The notes below the pieces were generated by a model. The model was not told the DNA's origin and did no database searches. It saw only the letters and a list, made by a program, of their open reading frames with translations. Source: Ignavibacteriota bacterium (lineage in GTDB: Bacteria > Bacteroidota > Ignavibacteria > UBA10030 > UBA6906). Taken from it: a stretch of 64,000 nt of DNA. The translations under genes were made by a program, and so were the position numbers. The stretch covers positions 2,961,579 through 3,025,578 of the forward strand of contig CAWDEM010000008.1 of the NCBI GenBank assembly GCA_963801355.1, given 5' to 3'. Shown here piece after piece: positions 60,993 to 64,000 of this stretch. Each line of letters starts with the position of its first letter. The first letter of the stretch is position 1.

Positions 60993-63900
60993 AACCGCAG
61001 CCGGTCCTGTTGTACCGCATTCAGGGCCTGCTCTTCGATCGACGCGATCCGTTCCACTTCCTTCATCGCCCGTATGATCGTTGCAGGCACCTCCAGCTGA
61101 CCTTCCGCAGCGATGTTCAGATATTCCACCGCAGCAGCAAGGAACTGCCGCATCTCATCATCGCCACGCGTCACCCGGAAATACGACGTGAGCGCCGAAG
61201 GCAAACGCACATCGCGCGACGCCAACTGGAAATCACGCGGCTGCATTTTCGATGAAATCGAATAGAGCGCCACGGCCAGCTCAACAAACGACTCGACACG
61301 CTCGAAGACCGGATGCTCCAGCAACGCCCACGCACGCGAACGCCAGAACCGGATCTCCTCCGGAATCCTTAGCAATCCCCCCACATCCTTCAACCAGACC
61401 TGATCAATCGAACCGTCAATCATCTCGCGCAAATGCTGTAGGTTCGTGTTGAACAGATCCGGCTGCAATAACACCGCCAGGTCCGGGCGAAGCGTAGGAA
61501 GCAGAGCGGCTTTGAAGCCAGCCGGTTCGAAGAAGTCACCCACATCGATGCCGTGTCTGCGCAACAATTCCTGCTGGAACAGTGGAATGTACTTCGCCAT
61601 TGCATCCACGTCTTCGCGCAGCGCAAGGAGTGCTGAGTTGCCTGCAGGGAATGCCCGCTCCAGTATCTGCAGGTGTTCAACGCCATGATAAAGCCGCAGC
61701 GTGTGGAGGATTTCGTAGACTGGCAGATGCGGAAGAATCCGGTCGGCCAAAAACGTCTCCGGATCTCCTTCCACCGATTCCCGGTGTGCAAAGGCATCCA
61801 GCGCGCGGAAGAGTCCGACGGTTAGCTGGTTGATTCCCAAAACTGCCGTCTGCGCCTGATTGTGTGCGATAGCCCGCAGGAGACTTCCATACCGCGCGAA
61901 GGGAATGGTCTCCGCAATCCGCTGGAGGATCCGATTGCCCTCCTCTTTGGCCGATTGTCCGGGACGTACACTAGGTCTGTCGCGGAGTGGCGGGGTTGTC
62001 CGCGCGATGAAATACGAAATAACATGCAGGCCCACAACATCTTCCTCGCGGCCATAGAGGATCTGCCGGAAATTCTCTGTCAGCACTTCCAGAAATCCGT
62101 CCAGTGCCTTGCTCTGCGCGCCAATGGTAAGTCGTTCAAGCGCCTGCTCCCCGCGTCTTGTGCTCTTGAAACGGCTCTGCGCAAACTCCTCGCACGCCCG
62201 GACAAGGTCACTGTGGTGTTTTTGTTGCTGTTTCGTGATGTGATACAGCAGTTGTGTCAGATCATGCACTGGGATGTGGCGTACCCGCTCGGCAATCGCA
62301 CTCTGGAATGTACGCAGGTCTCCACCCGAAAAGACACCCTGCATCGGTGTGGTTGCATAGAGCGTGCTTCTTCGCGTTGAAGCCCGCAGTTCCTTGGCAA
62401 ACCGCCGTGATGAGTTTTCGGATTGTTCGAATGCCGGCAAGCCACTCAGTTCACCGTAGTAGCCTCCCTGCCGCTGCATAGGTTCGCCGCTTCCCAACTT
62501 CAGCCGCACGTCATCGGCAAGGCCCCGTTCTCCAAGCCAGTGCATCAGCTCGAACTTCGCCTGCCGGTATATCCTCGCGCCGGCGGTCTGACCTACATTT
62601 TGACTCAGGTCGGAACCCGCAATAAACACTTCGGCAATCATCTCTCCAAAACGGTCGCGGGTCTCCTGGTTCAGCCTCCTGCTCTGAAGTGCATGCTCCC
62701 ACAGTTTGTTCAGATATCCCGTCAGACCACGCACCGCTTCCACATCTTCAAAAAGCGGGATCAGCCATACTGAAGGGAGTACGAGGTCGGGGTGGTCGCG
62801 AAGCGCATGTTCGCGCCGTGCATGGAACTTCCGGTCCAGGGCAATCAGAGCCTCCGGCCGTGACGACATGCTTACCTGGAGTCCCAGCACGAGTCCCGGA
62901 TTGCCATACTCTGCCCCGATCTCATTGATCTCAGTGATATTGAACACCGTGGTATCGATGGCAAACTGGTCCTGCGCCGTCACCATGTTCTGCTGAATGC
63001 GCGGCGTGATCACAATGCGCTGCAGGAGATCGCGATAGAGCACCGCTTCACGCAGCAGCGCCGGATCACCGATATTCCGCTGCATCGCCGGAATCAGTCC
63101 ATGCAACTCCTTGCGGAGCCGTTTGTTGAGACTCCCGTAGGACTCCAGTGCCTCACGTCGTTTCCGGCGCAGCTCCAGCATCCGCCGCTCCAGCCTGTCG
63201 TTGTGATGCCAGAGCGTAGTAACCGGATCGCTGGCTACGTGAAGCGACATGCCGATGCGCCGCCAGGTTCCCGCTTGAGCATAGAACGGCAGAATCCCCC
63301 GGTAGCGCCGTTCAAGCTGGTGCGTCAGCCCGGTGATTTCATTGAGCAGGTCAATAAAACGGTGCGACTTTGCCTGCAGCTGCTCCATCTCGTCCTGCAA
63401 TTCCGGCGAAATCCGCACCGTCCCGTCCCGTTCCATAAGCATCCTGAGCAGGCGTGACATCCGCTGGACATTTTGCATCAGTACAGACCCGACAAGGTTG
63501 TGCCCCTGTCCGGAGGGACGGTTGCTTCCGTCCCAGTCTCCCCAGAACGAGAGAAACGTCGGCGGCAATCCCGCACCTTCGATCTCTCCACACAGCTCTG
63601 CGGCGATGTGAGCATCCAGATCAATGATGACTTCCTCCGCTTCGCCGCTTGAAGTAATCGCGACATTGAGGCCGAGAAATTCATTTACGAGGTCACGGGC
63701 TACCCGGGAGAGCTGCACGCGCGATGCCTCCCCGCCGCGAATCATCTCGTGCAGTATCGCATCAAAGGAAGCTTCTGTCCGGATGGAGTACATCTGCGTC
63801 GGATGTACCGTACGATCGAACAACCGGTGTGTGAATGCCTCCTCCCGGCGCTTCAGAGAATCCTTGTAGAATTCTTTCTCCATGCTGCGCGCGAGTGTCT

Positions 63901-64000
63901 TTCCATTGTCATTCCGCGCAAGCGCACAATAGTCTTCGGCAAGGGTCAGACGATCCATGTACCGTTGACGGAACACCGCAATACGTGCAGGCAAGAATTC
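60950..64000 (-). CDS. Divergent phosphoenolpyruvate carboxylase-like protein (5' truncated by the window edge)
   Basis: Colinear motifs TVHPTQ, SFWGDWDGS, IPLFED, FIAGSD, GSGEPMQRQGG, TFQSA, LRAIAH and C-terminal GENG; frame is open to the window end. Confidence 0.7.
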   Translation of the reverse strand, partial: EFLPARIAVFRQRYMDRLTLAEDYCALARNDNGKTLARSMEKEFYKDSLKRREEAFTHRLFDRTVHPTQMYSIRTEASFDAILHEMIRGGEASRVQLSRVARDLVNEFLGLNVAITSSGEAEEVIIDLDAHIAAELCGEIEGAGLPPTFLSFWGDWDGSNRPSGQGHNLVGSVLMQNVQRMSRLLRMLMERDGTVRISPELQDEMEQLQAKSHRFIDLLNEITGLTHQLERRYRGILPFYAQAGTWRRIGMSLHVASDPVTTLWHHNDRLERRMLELRRKRREALESYGSLNKRLRKELHGLIPAMQRNIGDPALLREAVLYRDLLQRIVITPRIQQNMVTAQDQFAIDTTVFNITEINEIGAEYGNPGLVLGLQVSMSSRPEALIALDRKFHARREHALRDHPDLVLPSVWLIPLFEDVEAVRGLTGYLNKLWEHALQSRRLNQETRDRFGEMIAEVFIAGSDLSQNVGQTAGARIYRQAKFELMHWLGERGLADDVRLKLGSGEPMQRQGGYYGELSGLPAFEQSENSSRRFAKELRASTRRSTLYATTPMQGVFSGGDLRTFQSAIAERVRHIPVHDLTQLLYHITKQQQKHHSDLVRACEEFAQSRFKSTRRGEQALERLTIGAQSKALDGFLEVLTENFRQILYGREEDVVGLHVISYFIARTTPPLRDRPSVRPGQSAKEEGNRILQRIAETIPFARYGSLLRAIAHNQAQTAVLGINQLTVGLFRALDAFAHRESVEGDPETFLADRILPHLPVYEILHTLRLYHGVEHLQILERAFPAGNSALLALREDVDAMAKYIPLFQQELLRRHGIDVGDFFEPAGFKAALLPTLRPDLAVLLQPDLFNTNLQHLREMIDGSIDQVWLKDVGGLLRIPEEIRFWRSRAWALLEHPVFERVESFVELAVALYSISSKMQPRDFQLASRDVRLPSALTSYFRVTRGDDEMRQFLAAAVEYLNIAAEGQLEVPATIIRAMKEVERIASIEEQALNAVQQDRLRFYLLQIARLAGENG

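Overview
About 64 kb of core chromosome (~60% GC by eye) from a Bacteroidota-sensu-lato organism, probably Ignavibacteria-like. This is inferred from gene content (alternative GlmU-like protein, DUF4905, rhomboid-DUF6576, Cbp1-like lipoprotein) and from canonical TTGACx-17-TATATT promoters. The window holds: an amino-sugar/glycan neighbourhood (APC permease with amidohydrolase, nagB, GlmU-like protein, PIG-L deacetylase, beta-propeller glycosidase, two tandem GxGYxYP proteins); a long radA-led operon; a TRAP-TatT (TPAT) transporter; an AT-rich higBA island; several two-component systems; an envelope-biogenesis cluster (peptidase-PD40-Omp85, rnr, tamB, rfaE1/E2, aroK, PpiD-like, secDF); purA; and a truncated, highly divergent PEP-carboxylase-like gene that mixes bacterial-type and archaeal-type motifs. 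The intergenic DNA carries two repeat systems: a co-oriented GTCCTTGCGAG...CGAAGCAAYCTC palindromic element (7 copies, one present in only one of two duplicated copies) and inverted heptamer arrays between convergent genes. From ~39 kb onward, the frameshifts and two tandem duplications look like a mixed-strain long-read consensus rather than real pseudogenes. I saw no rRNA, tRNA, CRISPR array or transposase.
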